A stretch of 64,000 nucleotides of DNA from a candidate division WS6 bacterium OLB20 (GTDB taxonomy: Bacteria; Patescibacteriota; Dojkabacteria; B142; OLB20): assembly GCA_001567355.1 (NCBI GenBank), contig JYNZ01000003.1:530263-594262 (forward strand). The letters are read 5' to 3'. The notes under the pieces are model-generated. The model was not told the DNA's origin. It made no database searches and worked only from the letters and a program-made list of their open reading frames with translations. Shown in pieces: positions 39,287 to 48,692 of this stretch; positions within the stretch are counted from its first letter, which is position 1, and each line of letters opens with the position of its first letter. The position numbers and the translations under genes were made by a program.

Positions 39287-40231
39287 ATGGCCAAGAGAGA
39301 CTACTACAACATCCTCGGTATCGATAAGTCTGCCGATAAGAAGCAGATCAAATCCGCCTATCGCAAGATGGCAAAAGAGCTGCACCCCGACCGGAACAAG
39401 GCGGCCGATGCGGAAGAAAAGTTTAAAGAGGTGCAGGAGGCATACGAAGTGCTGTCAGATGATCAGAAACGCGCTGCTTATGACCGGTTTGGTCATGCAG
39501 GCACTTCTGGATTTGGCGGCGGCGGTTTTAATGCCGGAGGGTTTGACTTCAGCGGATCAGGATTTGATTTTGGTAGCGCCGGCGGAATGGACTTTGGATC
39601 CATCGAGGATATCTTTGAACAGTTTTTCGGCGGTGGATTTGGCGGGATGCGCAATCGCCCCAGACGCGGTCAGGACATCGGCGTACGGATTCAGCTGTCG
39701 TTTAAAGAAGCTGTTTTTGGCGTCGAAAAAGAGATCAGTTACAAGCGGGGATTTCCTGAAGAGGGCGAAAAATCAGAAACGATGAAAGTCAAAGTACCGG
39801 GCGGTATTCCCGACAATGCCATCCTGCGCTTTCAGGGTAAAGGTCACGGCGGGTTTAACGGTGGCCCCCCCGGTGATCTTCTCGTGAATATCGAAGTTGA
39901 AGTTGACGACCGGTTTGAGCGACGCGGTCACGACATCTATATGGACGCCGAGATTGATATCTATACTGCCGTTCTTGGCGGTACACTGGACGTCGAGACT
40001 GTACATGGCAAAACTACACTTAAGGTGCCTGCCGGTATTCAGTCCGAAACTGTTCTCCGGCTGAAAGAAAAAGGTGGACCAAAACTCCGTGGCAACGGCA
40101 ATGGCGATCAGTACGTTCGCATTATTGTCAAAGTTCCTGCAAAGCTCAGCAGACAGCAGAGAGAACTCTGGGAACAGCTGGCACAGCTGCCAGATACAAA
40201 ACCCGGCATCATCGGACGCATCTTCGGCTAG
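39287..40231 (+). CDS. dnaJ: DnaJ-class co-chaperone lacking the zinc-finger domain (type II/CbpA-like)
   Basis: J domain YYNILGIDKSADKKQIKSAYRKMAKELHPDRN, G/F-rich linker, C-terminal client-binding domains, no CxxCxGxG repeats. Confidence 0.8.
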   Translation: MAKRDYYNILGIDKSADKKQIKSAYRKMAKELHPDRNKAADAEEKFKEVQEAYEVLSDDQKRAAYDRFGHAGTSGFGGGGFNAGGFDFSGSGFDFGSAGGMDFGSIEDIFEQFFGGGFGGMRNRPRRGQDIGVRIQLSFKEAVFGVEKEISYKRGFPEEGEKSETMKVKVPGGIPDNAILRFQGKGHGGFNGGPPGDLLVNIEVEVDDRFERRGHDIYMDAEIDIYTAVLGGTLDVETVHGKTTLKVPAGIQSETVLRLKEKGGPKLRGNGNGDQYVRIIVKVPAKLSRQQRELWEQLAQLPDTKPGIIGRIFG

Positions 40232-40366
40232 ACATGTATATCCGTTGCATACATACTACCTGTGTAGCAGAATCTGCTACGTAACCCCTTTTGTAACAGA
40301 CTGAAAATACTTCCGGCTGTGTTTGCTTTTGCAGTGCAGGAACCCGACCGAAGTGTATATTTGAAT

Positions 40367-40396
40367 TTGACAAAAGAATTTTGATCTGCGTATACT
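40367..40396 (+). promoter_or_regulatory. Strong sigma70-like promoter (TTGACA-18-TATACT)
   Basis: Read directly; overlaps the GTG start of the longest ORF. Confidence 0.45.
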
Positions 40397-40435
40397 GTGT
40401 TCACCAATCCGCATTACATAGTAGCTGCATACACT

Positions 40436-41215
40436 ATGGTCAGTTTACAAGACTCGTGTTGCCTGGATATCGCATTTAATCCAGACAACAATTCCCTGAT
40501 TTTTAGTGATACCGTTACCCCCACCCAAGCCCGTAAAGTTATGCTGCAAAGCCTTGTTCCCGCCCTGCTCAACAAGCAGCTCTCCTACCCTAAACAAGTG
40601 TATGAGGAGTACATACAAGTCTTTCACAGCAGCGACAGCGATCTCAGGCAGAAGGGGATCTACTTTGACCTGATCTGTCTGCCTGCAGGATTACTGGGTG
40701 TCGAGTTTATCAAGTCGCACATCTACTACGCTCCAAAAACAGCCGATAACAAGCTTGCAACACTGATCGAGGTTCACCTGGGAACGGTTACTGTAATCAT
40801 GCAGAAGAACCTGCCCAAGGATGAGTTTGAGATTCACACACAGGTAGAAGAAGGCCTGATCGTTAAGCTGAAGCGCGGAGACAAGCTGGCAATTCCTCCC
40901 GGTTACTTCTATACGTTTATTAACACAGAAGAGACTCCGGTGGTGTTTGTCAGAATGCACCGCGGCAATGACAGGGTCGATTACAATCTGATTAAACGCG
41001 AACGCGGCCTTGCATACTACTGCATCCGCAAAAACGCCAGACAGGAGATTGTGCTCAATCCGATCTACCGAAACATTCCCAAAATCAGACGTATAAAACC
41101 CGAAACGACACTTAAGGATTTCAGCATCGATCTTCGCAAGTCCCTGTACACACAGCTTCGCGAAGATACATCCCGGTTTGAGCAGATGCTGCAGGAAATC
41201 ACCGTCTCAAATTGA
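40436..41215 (+). CDS. Cupin-fold hypothetical protein (ATG 40436 favoured over GTG 40397)
   Basis: C-terminal beta-rich GDKLAIPPGYFYTFINTEETPVVFV cupin-like. Confidence 0.4.
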   Translation: MVSLQDSCCLDIAFNPDNNSLIFSDTVTPTQARKVMLQSLVPALLNKQLSYPKQVYEEYIQVFHSSDSDLRQKGIYFDLICLPAGLLGVEFIKSHIYYAPKTADNKLATLIEVHLGTVTVIMQKNLPKDEFEIHTQVEEGLIVKLKRGDKLAIPPGYFYTFINTEETPVVFVRMHRGNDRVDYNLIKRERGLAYYCIRKNARQEIVLNPIYRNIPKIRRIKPETTLKDFSIDLRKSLYTQLREDTSRFEQMLQEITVSN

Positions 41216-41241
41216 CCGGAGTAACCGCAAAGTGATACTAT
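41212..41241 (+). promoter_or_regulatory. Candidate promoter for serS leader (TTGACC-18-TACTAT)
   Basis: Read directly; weak. Confidence 0.3.
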
Positions 41242-41247
41242 TCGGAT

Positions 41248-41518
41248 AAGTCAAACGCTCTTCTCAACAGAAAAGGCTTGCCTATCTGTAAAGATAAATG
41301 TACGCGAACCATTTTGATGAGAGAGCCTGTGAAGAGCATTCGTCGAAGCTAGCTTCGAGTGTTTCCATACAACTGAATAGCTTTCAAAGCATAAAACTGG
41401 GTGGCACCACTCACGTTGCGACTGTTTCTGGATACACTTCAGAAATTACATCGCGATGTTACTGAGTCCTTAGTATTGTCCCTTCACGGGGATGGTACTG
41501 AGGACTTTTTTGTTTTCT
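41248..41518 (+). promoter_or_regulatory. Candidate T-box riboswitch leader controlling serS (Ser-specific)
   Basis: AAACUGGGUGGCACCACUCACG at 41394-41415 resembles the T-box. The antiterminator is GGG(41399-401), bulge UGGCACC(41402-408), ACUCA(41409-413) pairing UGAGU(41463-467)+CCU. It overlaps the 5' arm of the terminator AGUCCU...AGGACU + T6 (41465-41512). AGC-containing loop candidates sit upstream (GAAGAGCAUUCG). Confidence 0.55.
41463..41518 (+). terminator. Intrinsic terminator of serS leader
   Basis: Long imperfect hairpin ACTGAGTCCTTAGTATTGTCCC...GGGGATGGTACTGAGGACT followed by TTTTTTGTTTT. Confidence 0.55.
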
Positions 41519-41574
41519 TAACTGTATGTAATTTATTCATCATTAATAACTGATAATTCTTAATAAATCCTAAA

Positions 41575-42940
41575 ATGGTTGACCCGAAATTTATCAGAGA
41601 AAACCCCGATCGGATGAGACAGATCATTCTGAGCGGAAGAAGCAAGCCTGACAAGGCCGATGTGGATGCCTGGCTCAAACTGGATGAGAAACGCAGCGAG
41701 CTGATCCGCACACGGGACGAAATCAATCAGCGTAAAAACGAACTTGCTCAGATCGGAAAGAAAGGCGGCAACATAGATGAGATACGCGAGAAAGGTCAGC
41801 AGCTGAAAAAAGACAGTGCCGAACTTGAAGAAAGTCTTGCGCTGATCGAAAAGCAGTGGCAGGCAATCCTGGACTGGATGCCTAATGTTCCTCACCCGGA
41901 TATGCCCGTAGGTGAAGGCGAACATGACAACCCTGTTATCAAAGCCTGGACACCTGACGGTGGCGAGGTAAAACAGGAGCTGGGTAAGGTGGGTGATACC
42001 CACAACTGGATGCCCGAACGTTCGATCCACTGGGACAGTGATGACTTTGTTCCAAAGCACCATCTTGATCTTGGTGAATCCCTTGGTGTGATTGATAATA
42101 ATCAGGGTGCCAAAGTATCCGGATCACGATTCACTTACATTTTTGCGGATCTCGCCCGTCTGCAGTTTGCTGTTCAACAGCTGCTGTTTGGCGAGCTGCT
42201 CAGACGCGGTTTTCAGCCTATCATCCCTCCTCTTCTGGTAAAGGATAAAGCACTTTACGGAACCAGCCACTTCCCTGAGCAGGTTGATCAGGTATACCAG
42301 ATCAAAAACGATTATCTTGAGGATCAGGACCAGTCTCTGTACCTCGTCGGCTCGTCAGAACCATCAAATTTCTCGTTCTTTATGGACAAGACACTTGATC
42401 ATGATCAACTGCCTGTCAAAAATGTTTGCCTATACACCGTGTTTCAGATCAGAGGCCGGATCGTGGGGTCGCGACACCAAAGGGATTAAGCGTGTTCATC
42501 AGTTTGATAAAATCGAGATGAACGTTGTGTGCGCACCAGACCAGTCAGACGCAGTCTTTGATGAACTGCTTGAGATCAACGAGTGGCTGCTGCAGACCCT
42601 TGAGCTGCCGTATCATCTTGTACTCAAATGTACCGGTGACGCAGGTTACCACGCAAGCGCCAAACAGATCGATCCTGAGGTATGGCTGCCGGGTCAGAAG
42701 GAGTTTATGGAGGTCATGACTGATACCAATACAACCGACTTTCAGGCAAGACGTCTGAACATCAAGTACACCACCAAAGACGGTAAACGTGAATATGTGC
42801 ACACGTGCAACGACACAGGCGTTGCCATGGGACGAATGCTGGTCGCAATCATGGACAACTATCAGCAGGCGGATGGAACAGTCCGCGTCCCGCAGGCGCT
42901 GGTACCGTTTATGGGCAAGGACAGGATCGAGGCGGCATGA
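41575..42940 (+). CDS. serS: Seryl-tRNA synthetase, interrupted by a +1 frameshift in an A5 run (42419-42423)
   Basis: N-terminal coiled coil; second frame carries motif 2 YTPCFRSEAGS and motif 3; removing one A gives LPVK-MFAYTPCFRSEAGS in frame. Confidence 0.85.
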
Positions 42941-43371
42941 CTGACAGCACATACATCAAACACGCTATAGAGCTTTCACGCAAAAGTGTGGAGCAGGGAC
43001 GGTTTCCTGCAGGAGCGCTTGTTGTAAAGAACGGAGCAGTCATCAGTGAATCCACCAGCGGTCTCTACCCGGGCTATAATCACGCTGACGGTGCATCGGT
43101 TGACAAGGCGTTCAGAGCAGAGAAAGCTGACTTACGTGGTGCAGTCCTGTTCTGTTCAATGTTCCCCTGCGTCATGTGCCTGACAAAAGCATACTGGGCA
43201 GGAATCCGCAGAATCGTGTTTGCTATCCCGCGTTCTGATCTGAATCAGGAATATTATGAATCAGCTTCAGAGCCACAGCTCGATTTTCACGAACAGGTCG
43301 AACTCGTGCACTCTGGCTCCATGCGGGACAAAGCGATGGAGGTTGTACGAAGCTGGGAGAAAAGCAGATAG
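42937..43371 (+). CDS. CMP/dCMP-type zinc deaminase family protein (TadA/guanine deaminase-like; HAD instead of HAE)
   Basis: NHAD...CSMFPCVMC (PCxxC) zinc-binding pattern; ATGA overlap with serS stop. Confidence 0.6.
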   Translation: MTDSTYIKHAIELSRKSVEQGRFPAGALVVKNGAVISESTSGLYPGYNHADGASVDKAFRAEKADLRGAVLFCSMFPCVMCLTKAYWAGIRRIVFAIPRSDLNQEYYESASEPQLDFHEQVELVHSGSMRDKAMEVVRSWEKSR

Positions 43372-43417
43372 ACTCCATTCAGCCTGCAGAATACAACCCA
43401 AATGGTACAATCAACCC

Positions 43418-44233
43418 ATGCCGGAGCTACCAGAAGTGGAAACAGTTGTGCGCCAGATCCGTCCATCTGTTACCGGAAGGACGGTTCAATCTGTCATCGT
43501 AACTGATGGAGGCCTGCGCATGATCGCTCCCTTAAGCCGTGATCAGCTGGCAGACAACCTTACCGGTGATACTATCACCTCTCTGGAGCGAACGGGTAAA
43601 TTTATGCAATTCAGGCTCAGGTCAGGTGCATTCATCGCTGCACATCTGCGGATGAGCGGCAGGGTGAGCGTTTCAGAAAGCTTTGAACAGACAAAGCACA
43701 ACCGGATCGGGTTGTTTCTGGACAAAGGGGTATTTAACTTCCATTCGATCCGCAGATTTTCAACGTTTCACTATGTCGAAGCCGGCGGATCATATCCGGC
43801 ATTTGACCTGCTCGGGCCCGATGCGCTTTCCGATGCATTTTCGGGCAGCTATCTGATCGACAAGCTCAAGCAATCAAAGCGACCGGTATACTCTGCTCTG
43901 ATGGACCAGCGCACGGTAGCCGGACTGGGCAATATCTATGTCAACGAGGTGCTCTATGCTGCAGGTGTTCATCCCCTGCGTGAGGCACGGCTTGTGACAA
44001 AGTCCGAGGCAGAAGCGATTGCATCAGAGTCCAGGCGCATTCTTATACAGGCGATCCGGCTGCGGGGGACGACACTTAACGACAGAACCTACCTTGACGG
44101 GAGCGGTGAGTATGGAGCATTTTCGGACCATCTTAACGTTTATGGAAAGACGGGCCAGATCGTTGACGGGAGTCCTGTGGAACGTATCCGGATCGGAGGA
44201 CGCAGCGTGTTTGCTGCAACAAGTCAGCACTAA
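43418..44233 (+). CDS. mutM: Formamidopyrimidine-DNA glycosylase
   Basis: N-terminal MPELPEVE, H2TH region, C-terminal zinc finger region. Confidence 0.8.
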   Translation: MPELPEVETVVRQIRPSVTGRTVQSVIVTDGGLRMIAPLSRDQLADNLTGDTITSLERTGKFMQFRLRSGAFIAAHLRMSGRVSVSESFEQTKHNRIGLFLDKGVFNFHSIRRFSTFHYVEAGGSYPAFDLLGPDALSDAFSGSYLIDKLKQSKRPVYSALMDQRTVAGLGNIYVNEVLYAAGVHPLREARLVTKSEAEAIASESRRILIQAIRLRGTTLNDRTYLDGSGEYGAFSDHLNVYGKTGQIVDGSPVERIRIGGRSVFAATSQH

Positions 44234-44589
44234 GCCATCACCCGTGCTGCAAAATTAAGCATCGGCTTCAGCAACGGATTAGCAATGTTCTTTCGTACTA
44301 TCAGGTTATCGGTAAGCTCACCACGCGGATCCATCGCATACGTCTGGACATAACTTTTCAGCTCATCCTTTTGCCGTTCGTATACTGCCGGGACGAGACT
44401 TGTCACATAATCCACAACACCGGAAACGGTTGCTGTTCCTGCATATGCCAGTCCCGCGTAAAACAGTTCAGGGTGCTTTGTTGTTGTCAGTAATAGAGAC
44501 TCTGCACCAAGTAGTGCAGCAGCCGCTGCAGACATAAGACACAGTCCCAGCCGCAGATTGCGGTTTTCGCGAACCAGATCAGACAGCAT
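44230..44589 (-). CDS. Small hypothetical membrane protein
   Basis: Single hydrophobic helix LGLCLMSAAAAALLGAESLLL; start uncertain. Confidence 0.25.
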   Translation of the reverse strand: MLSDLVRENRNLRLGLCLMSAAAAALLGAESLLLTTTKHPELFYAGLAYAGTATVSGVVDYVTSLVPAVYERQKDELKSYVQTYAMDPRGELTDNLIVRKNIANPLLKPMLNFAARVMA

Positions 44590-44605
44590 CTTTTCTCCCG
44601 GGAAG

Positions 44606-45694
44606 TCATTCTCCATCATTGTCCCCCAGAGCAAGTCGTGGCGCACGATCCGGAAGTGTTTTCACCGTTTCGCCGCGCAACAGTTTATAGTAGCCGGCAA
44701 CACAGATCATGGCGGCATTATCCATATAGAGTTTTTTAGAATCTGGATAGAATATCTGTGCCCCGTGTTCCGCCGCGGTCCTGCGCAGTCCTGCACGCAC
44801 CCTGGGGCTTGCAGCAACACCACCGCCCAGGAGAATTTTTGTGACCGGGTGGCGGTCAAGTGCCTGATCAAGCTTATCCTGCAGATGACGGATTGCGGCA
44901 TGCTCAAAACTGGCTGCCATATCAACAATCTGCTTTCTGGTCAGTTCACCCTGTTCTTCTGTCAGAGTTTTAAGAGTGTAAAAAACTGCAGTTTTGAGGC
45001 CAGAAAAACTGAATGCCAGACGCTCGTCACGGTAGAGCGGGCGCGGCAGATCAAACCCGTCCGGATTGCCCTCTTTTGCCATTTCTGTAAGCACGCGTCC
45101 GCCGGGGTAGCCGAATCCAAGCATACGCGCAACCTTATCGTACGCCTCACCTACTGCATCATCCATCTTTTCAGCAATCAAACGGTATTTGCCGAATCCA
45201 TCCATAAGTACAATGTCAGAATGTCCACCCGATATAAGCAGACCCATAACAGGAAAATCATGCTTCTGAATCGCTACAGGAGCCCTTCCTGAAGAGTTGG
45301 CAGCCAGAGCCGATAGCAGATGCCCTTCCATATGGTTTACGGCCAGAAGCGGCTTGCTGTGCCGTTTTGCAAGTTCCTCTGCCTTTTGTATGCCCACTTC
45401 AAGGGATATGGCGAGTCCTGGACCATAGGTGACTGCAATGGCGTCAATATCATCCCAGCCAATGCCAGGTGCAAACCGTCCGGCCCGCAAAAACGCCTCA
45501 TTAATGACACCGTCTATCCTCTCGCGATGTGCCTGACGGGCGATGTCAGGTACCACCCCCCCCCATTTGCCGTGCAGTTCGTCCTGAGAACTGATGACAT
45601 TGGCCAGCACACGCACACCACGCGTTATCGCGACAGATGTGTCATCGCATGATGTATCGATACCGAGTATTGTCTTCTGGTCTGCTTCTGTCAT
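44606..45694 (-). CDS. tsaD: tRNA N6-adenosine threonylcarbamoyltransferase
   Basis: ILGIDTSCDDTSVAI, HMEGHL, ASKH-fold motifs. Confidence 0.9.
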   Translation of the reverse strand: MTEADQKTILGIDTSCDDTSVAITRGVRVLANVISSQDELHGKWGGVVPDIARQAHRERIDGVINEAFLRAGRFAPGIGWDDIDAIAVTYGPGLAISLEVGIQKAEELAKRHSKPLLAVNHMEGHLLSALAANSSGRAPVAIQKHDFPVMGLLISGGHSDIVLMDGFGKYRLIAEKMDDAVGEAYDKVARMLGFGYPGGRVLTEMAKEGNPDGFDLPRPLYRDERLAFSFSGLKTAVFYTLKTLTEEQGELTRKQIVDMAASFEHAAIRHLQDKLDQALDRHPVTKILLGGGVAASPRVRAGLRRTAAEHGAQIFYPDSKKLYMDNAAMICVAGYYKLLRGETVKTLPDRAPRLALGDNDGE

Positions 45695-46767
45695 GAGTGG
45701 ATGATCACATGTCTTGTGTTCTGTCCGGTATAGGCTATCTCGACGTCTGCAAACGCAAGCGGGACACCTGCGCCTGCTGATTCAACGCGCATCTGTTCAA
45801 ACAGGTCCTGCAGTGCACCGGCCCACTCCACTGCTATAAGGGTATGCGGTCTGAAGTACTGTTCAAGGTTCAGTCCTGACAGCTCGGCGTTGCTGTTCAT
45901 GCGCCATGCATCAATATGCGCAAGCGTGAGTCCGTCATGTTCATACTCCTGAATCAGATTGAAAGTCGGCGAGGTAACAGTCTCTGAGATGCCCATCGCG
46001 GCAGCGATTCCTTTGACAAACTGTGTTTTGCCTGCACCCATCTCGGCGTTGAAGAGTACGATCAGCGGTCCATCATTAAGACGTGACGCAAGAGTTAAAA
46101 ATGTCTCCGAGCCGAGTTTCTGCATATCCTCAGGAGTGTTGATATCCCGCTCTGATCTGCTCAGTCCAGGCAGGATCGCGCCGGAACGGACAATCTGCAG
46201 ATCATGTGTTGTTGTATCAATAACAGTTGATGTCGGTCGTTTTGGCAGTTCACCAAAATCAATCATGTAGTCAATCAGGCGTTTCTGTTTCAATGAAACA
46301 TTGTCATACACAGCCTGCGGGGAGTATGGTGTCGCCCGTCCGGCACTGTTTGCCGAAGTAGCACTGATCCCTTCCCCCAGCAACCGGATCAACTCGAGCG
46401 TAAAGGAAAAGTCGGGTATGCGGATCCCGAGCGTGCCGTGCTCAGACTCCAGTCTGCTGTCTGCCAGACCTCTGCTTTTTGATATGACGGTGAGCGGTCC
46501 CGGCAGAAACCTGCGGTACACCGTTTTTGCCTCATCATTAAGCTCAACGTACCGTTCCGCCATATCCCGATCAGCGACAGCAACAGAAATTGCCTTGCCT
46601 TCGGGACGGCGTTTGAATTCAAGCAGCTTGCTCACAGCTTCGGGATTCTCTGCTGCAACGCCTGCGCCATAGGCTGTTTCAGTTGGAAACACCACCAGCC
46701 CACCCTCACGCAGCACCCGGGCGGCTTCCTGCAGCATGTTCAGTTGTGTTTCAGTGAAACTGTCCAT
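45691..46767 (-). CDS. Fusion of L-threonylcarbamoyladenylate synthase (TsaC/YrdC domain) and TsaE P-loop ATPase domain
   Basis: N-terminus LVVFPTETAYGAGV...LEFKRRP (YrdC); C-terminus GAGKTQFVKG...SPTFNLIQEY...HIDAWRM (YjeE/TsaE). Confidence 0.7.
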   Translation of the reverse strand: MDSFTETQLNMLQEAARVLREGGLVVFPTETAYGAGVAAENPEAVSKLLEFKRRPEGKAISVAVADRDMAERYVELNDEAKTVYRRFLPGPLTVISKSRGLADSRLESEHGTLGIRIPDFSFTLELIRLLGEGISATSANSAGRATPYSPQAVYDNVSLKQKRLIDYMIDFGELPKRPTSTVIDTTTHDLQIVRSGAILPGLSRSERDINTPEDMQKLGSETFLTLASRLNDGPLIVLFNAEMGAGKTQFVKGIAAAMGISETVTSPTFNLIQEYEHDGLTLAHIDAWRMNSNAELSGLNLEQYFRPHTLIAVEWAGALQDLFEQMRVESAGAGVPLAFADVEIAYTGQNTRHVIIHS

Positions 46768-46810
46768 CGGAGATGCTGTAATTATAAGCTATACAGCTGT
46801 TCTGGCAAAA

Positions 46811-48031
46811 TCAGGCTTCTTCAAGCTCATGCAGTTTTTTATGCGGCAGACGTATCGGTCGCGGGTTAAGCGCCAGCATAACTGCTCCGGCGATCGCGAC
46901 AACGATCCCCAGAAACGCAAATCCCTCACGGATACTGAATGTTTCGGCTATGATGCCGCCAAAGATCGGACCGATGATGTAGCCGATATCGGTGGCAAAA
47001 CCGCGCAGCCCGATAAAATGACCGCCGTCATCCCCCAGGCGTTCGATCAGATGTGCCATGACACCTTCGATCAGCGGGAGTGTTGCGGAACTGAATATAC
47101 TGCTGACCAGGTTGAGAATAAGCAGCAGAGCAAGATCCTCAGTAAAGAGAAAACCGATCAGAAACACTCCGGCCAGAAACAGCGTACCGATTGCTGCCCG
47201 CAGCTCTCCGACACGCGAAGCAATCTTTGGCGCGTAGACACCTGCAAACAATCCCGGAAGCATATAGAGGGGGATAAACAGTCCCGAGAGCTCCGGATTG
47301 CGGCTGGCATATTCAAAGCTCAGAAGCGGGCCCAGCATCCAGAAGATCGCATCTAGAAACATCAGGGCAAGCATGACCAGAAACACAATTGACGTACGTT
47401 TGGTCAGCATCGTCCAGATCTTGAGTTCGTTAATAAACCCGATTCTGTTCTGACGCTGCGTTTTCTCGGGCTTGTGAGCAGGTCTCATGACAAAAAAGTA
47501 CAGCGCTCCTGCTGCCAGCAGAATAATATAGAGCAGAAACGGAAACCTGAACGAGAGATTTTCCAGCGAAGGATTGACAATAAGCGGCGTCAGAAGCGCA
47601 GCCATTGTAGTCACCATCAGTATCAGTCCGCTGACCGTCGTATGATTTGCCTTGGGGATATGATGACCGAGAAAATCCTCCTGCCCGAACACAAACAGTT
47701 CGTACTGAATACCGCCGATCATGATAAGAATAATAACCGGCAGCACACCCTCAAACGGCAGGAGCAGCGGTACAAACATGGCAATAATAAACGCCGCCGT
47801 GTAGAAGAATGTGTAGTGCCGGTCCGAAAACTTCCAGCTTGAAAACAGGTCGGCAGCAATTCCTGCAACAGATCCCATACTGATAATCAGACCGACGAGT
47901 GCCAGATTGGGTTCACGCGTTTCTGCGAGCAGCGGTGTCAGGTACGTGAGGATAATATCCGCTGTAAACCAGAAGAATGTCAGAACCAGAAAAAAGATCA
48001 GTTTTCTGCGGTATGGGCTGCGTACGACCAT
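46811..48031 (-). CDS. MFS-type transporter
   Basis: About 12 hydrophobic helices, 406 aa. Confidence 0.55.
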   Translation of the reverse strand: MVVRSPYRRKLIFFLVLTFFWFTADIILTYLTPLLAETREPNLALVGLIISMGSVAGIAADLFSSWKFSDRHYTFFYTAAFIIAMFVPLLLPFEGVLPVIILIMIGGIQYELFVFGQEDFLGHHIPKANHTTVSGLILMVTTMAALLTPLIVNPSLENLSFRFPFLLYIILLAAGALYFFVMRPAHKPEKTQRQNRIGFINELKIWTMLTKRTSIVFLVMLALMFLDAIFWMLGPLLSFEYASRNPELSGLFIPLYMLPGLFAGVYAPKIASRVGELRAAIGTLFLAGVFLIGFLFTEDLALLLILNLVSSIFSSATLPLIEGVMAHLIERLGDDGGHFIGLRGFATDIGYIIGPIFGGIIAETFSIREGFAFLGIVVAIAGAVMLALNPRPIRLPHKKLHELEEA

Positions 48032-48049
48032 GAGGAAATTATGGCAGAA

Positions 48050-48085
48050 AAGAAAACCCTGTACCAGAAAGTACAGGGTTTTGAG
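48050..48085 (-). terminator. Intrinsic terminator after HU gene (AAACCCTGTAC-loop-GTACAGGGTTT, U-rich on minus strand)
   Basis: Perfect 11-bp stem; T/C-rich tract downstream on minus strand. Confidence 0.5.
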
Positions 48086-48102
48086 TGTTCAAGAGGAAAC
48101 GG

Positions 48103-48384
48103 TTATTTAACCATGTCCTTGAATTCTTTTCCAGGGCGGAACACAGGAACTGTGCGGGCAGGGATCTTAATAGTATCACCTGTCTGCGGGTTGCGGCCTG
48201 TGCGAGCTGCACGCTTGGAAGCGCGGAACGTTCCGAAACCTGTAAGAGTAACAGAGTCACCCTTTGAAACATTGCTCATAACAGCATCCATGAAAGCCTC
48301 GAGCGCATCAGCTGCGGCTTTCTTGGTAAGACCTGTCTTGCTGGCAATGTAATCTACCAATGTACTTTTGTTCATTTTGTACAC
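48103..48384 (-). CDS. hup: HU family DNA-binding protein
   Basis: MNKSTLVDYIA...GFGTF...RNPQTG signature. Confidence 0.9.
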   Translation of the reverse strand: MYKMNKSTLVDYIASKTGLTKKAAADALEAFMDAVMSNVSKGDSVTLTGFGTFRASKRAARTGRNPQTGDTIKIPARTVPVFRPGKEFKDMVK

Positions 48385-48692
48385 CCCCTTTCTTTAGTGG
48401 TTTGCTTCAAGAGTAAAATTGAGAAGCGTTTGGAATGTGATCAGTATGCGTGATGTACAGCGCAAATGTCAAGTATTCGCTTACTATATAAGGGTTTTCA
48501 GAGATACACCCAGACAAGAGAGCGACTCTACCACAGAGGCGTCTTCCGGAATCGTGAAACGACAACCGGATTGGCGATTGACGCTGCACACCAAGAGATC
48601 CGAGGCTAGACTTGCAATTGTGAAGCAGGACAACGTTTCTTGCGATCTATACTGGATAGTCACTAAAACGAGATACCGGAAGGGAAAATTTT

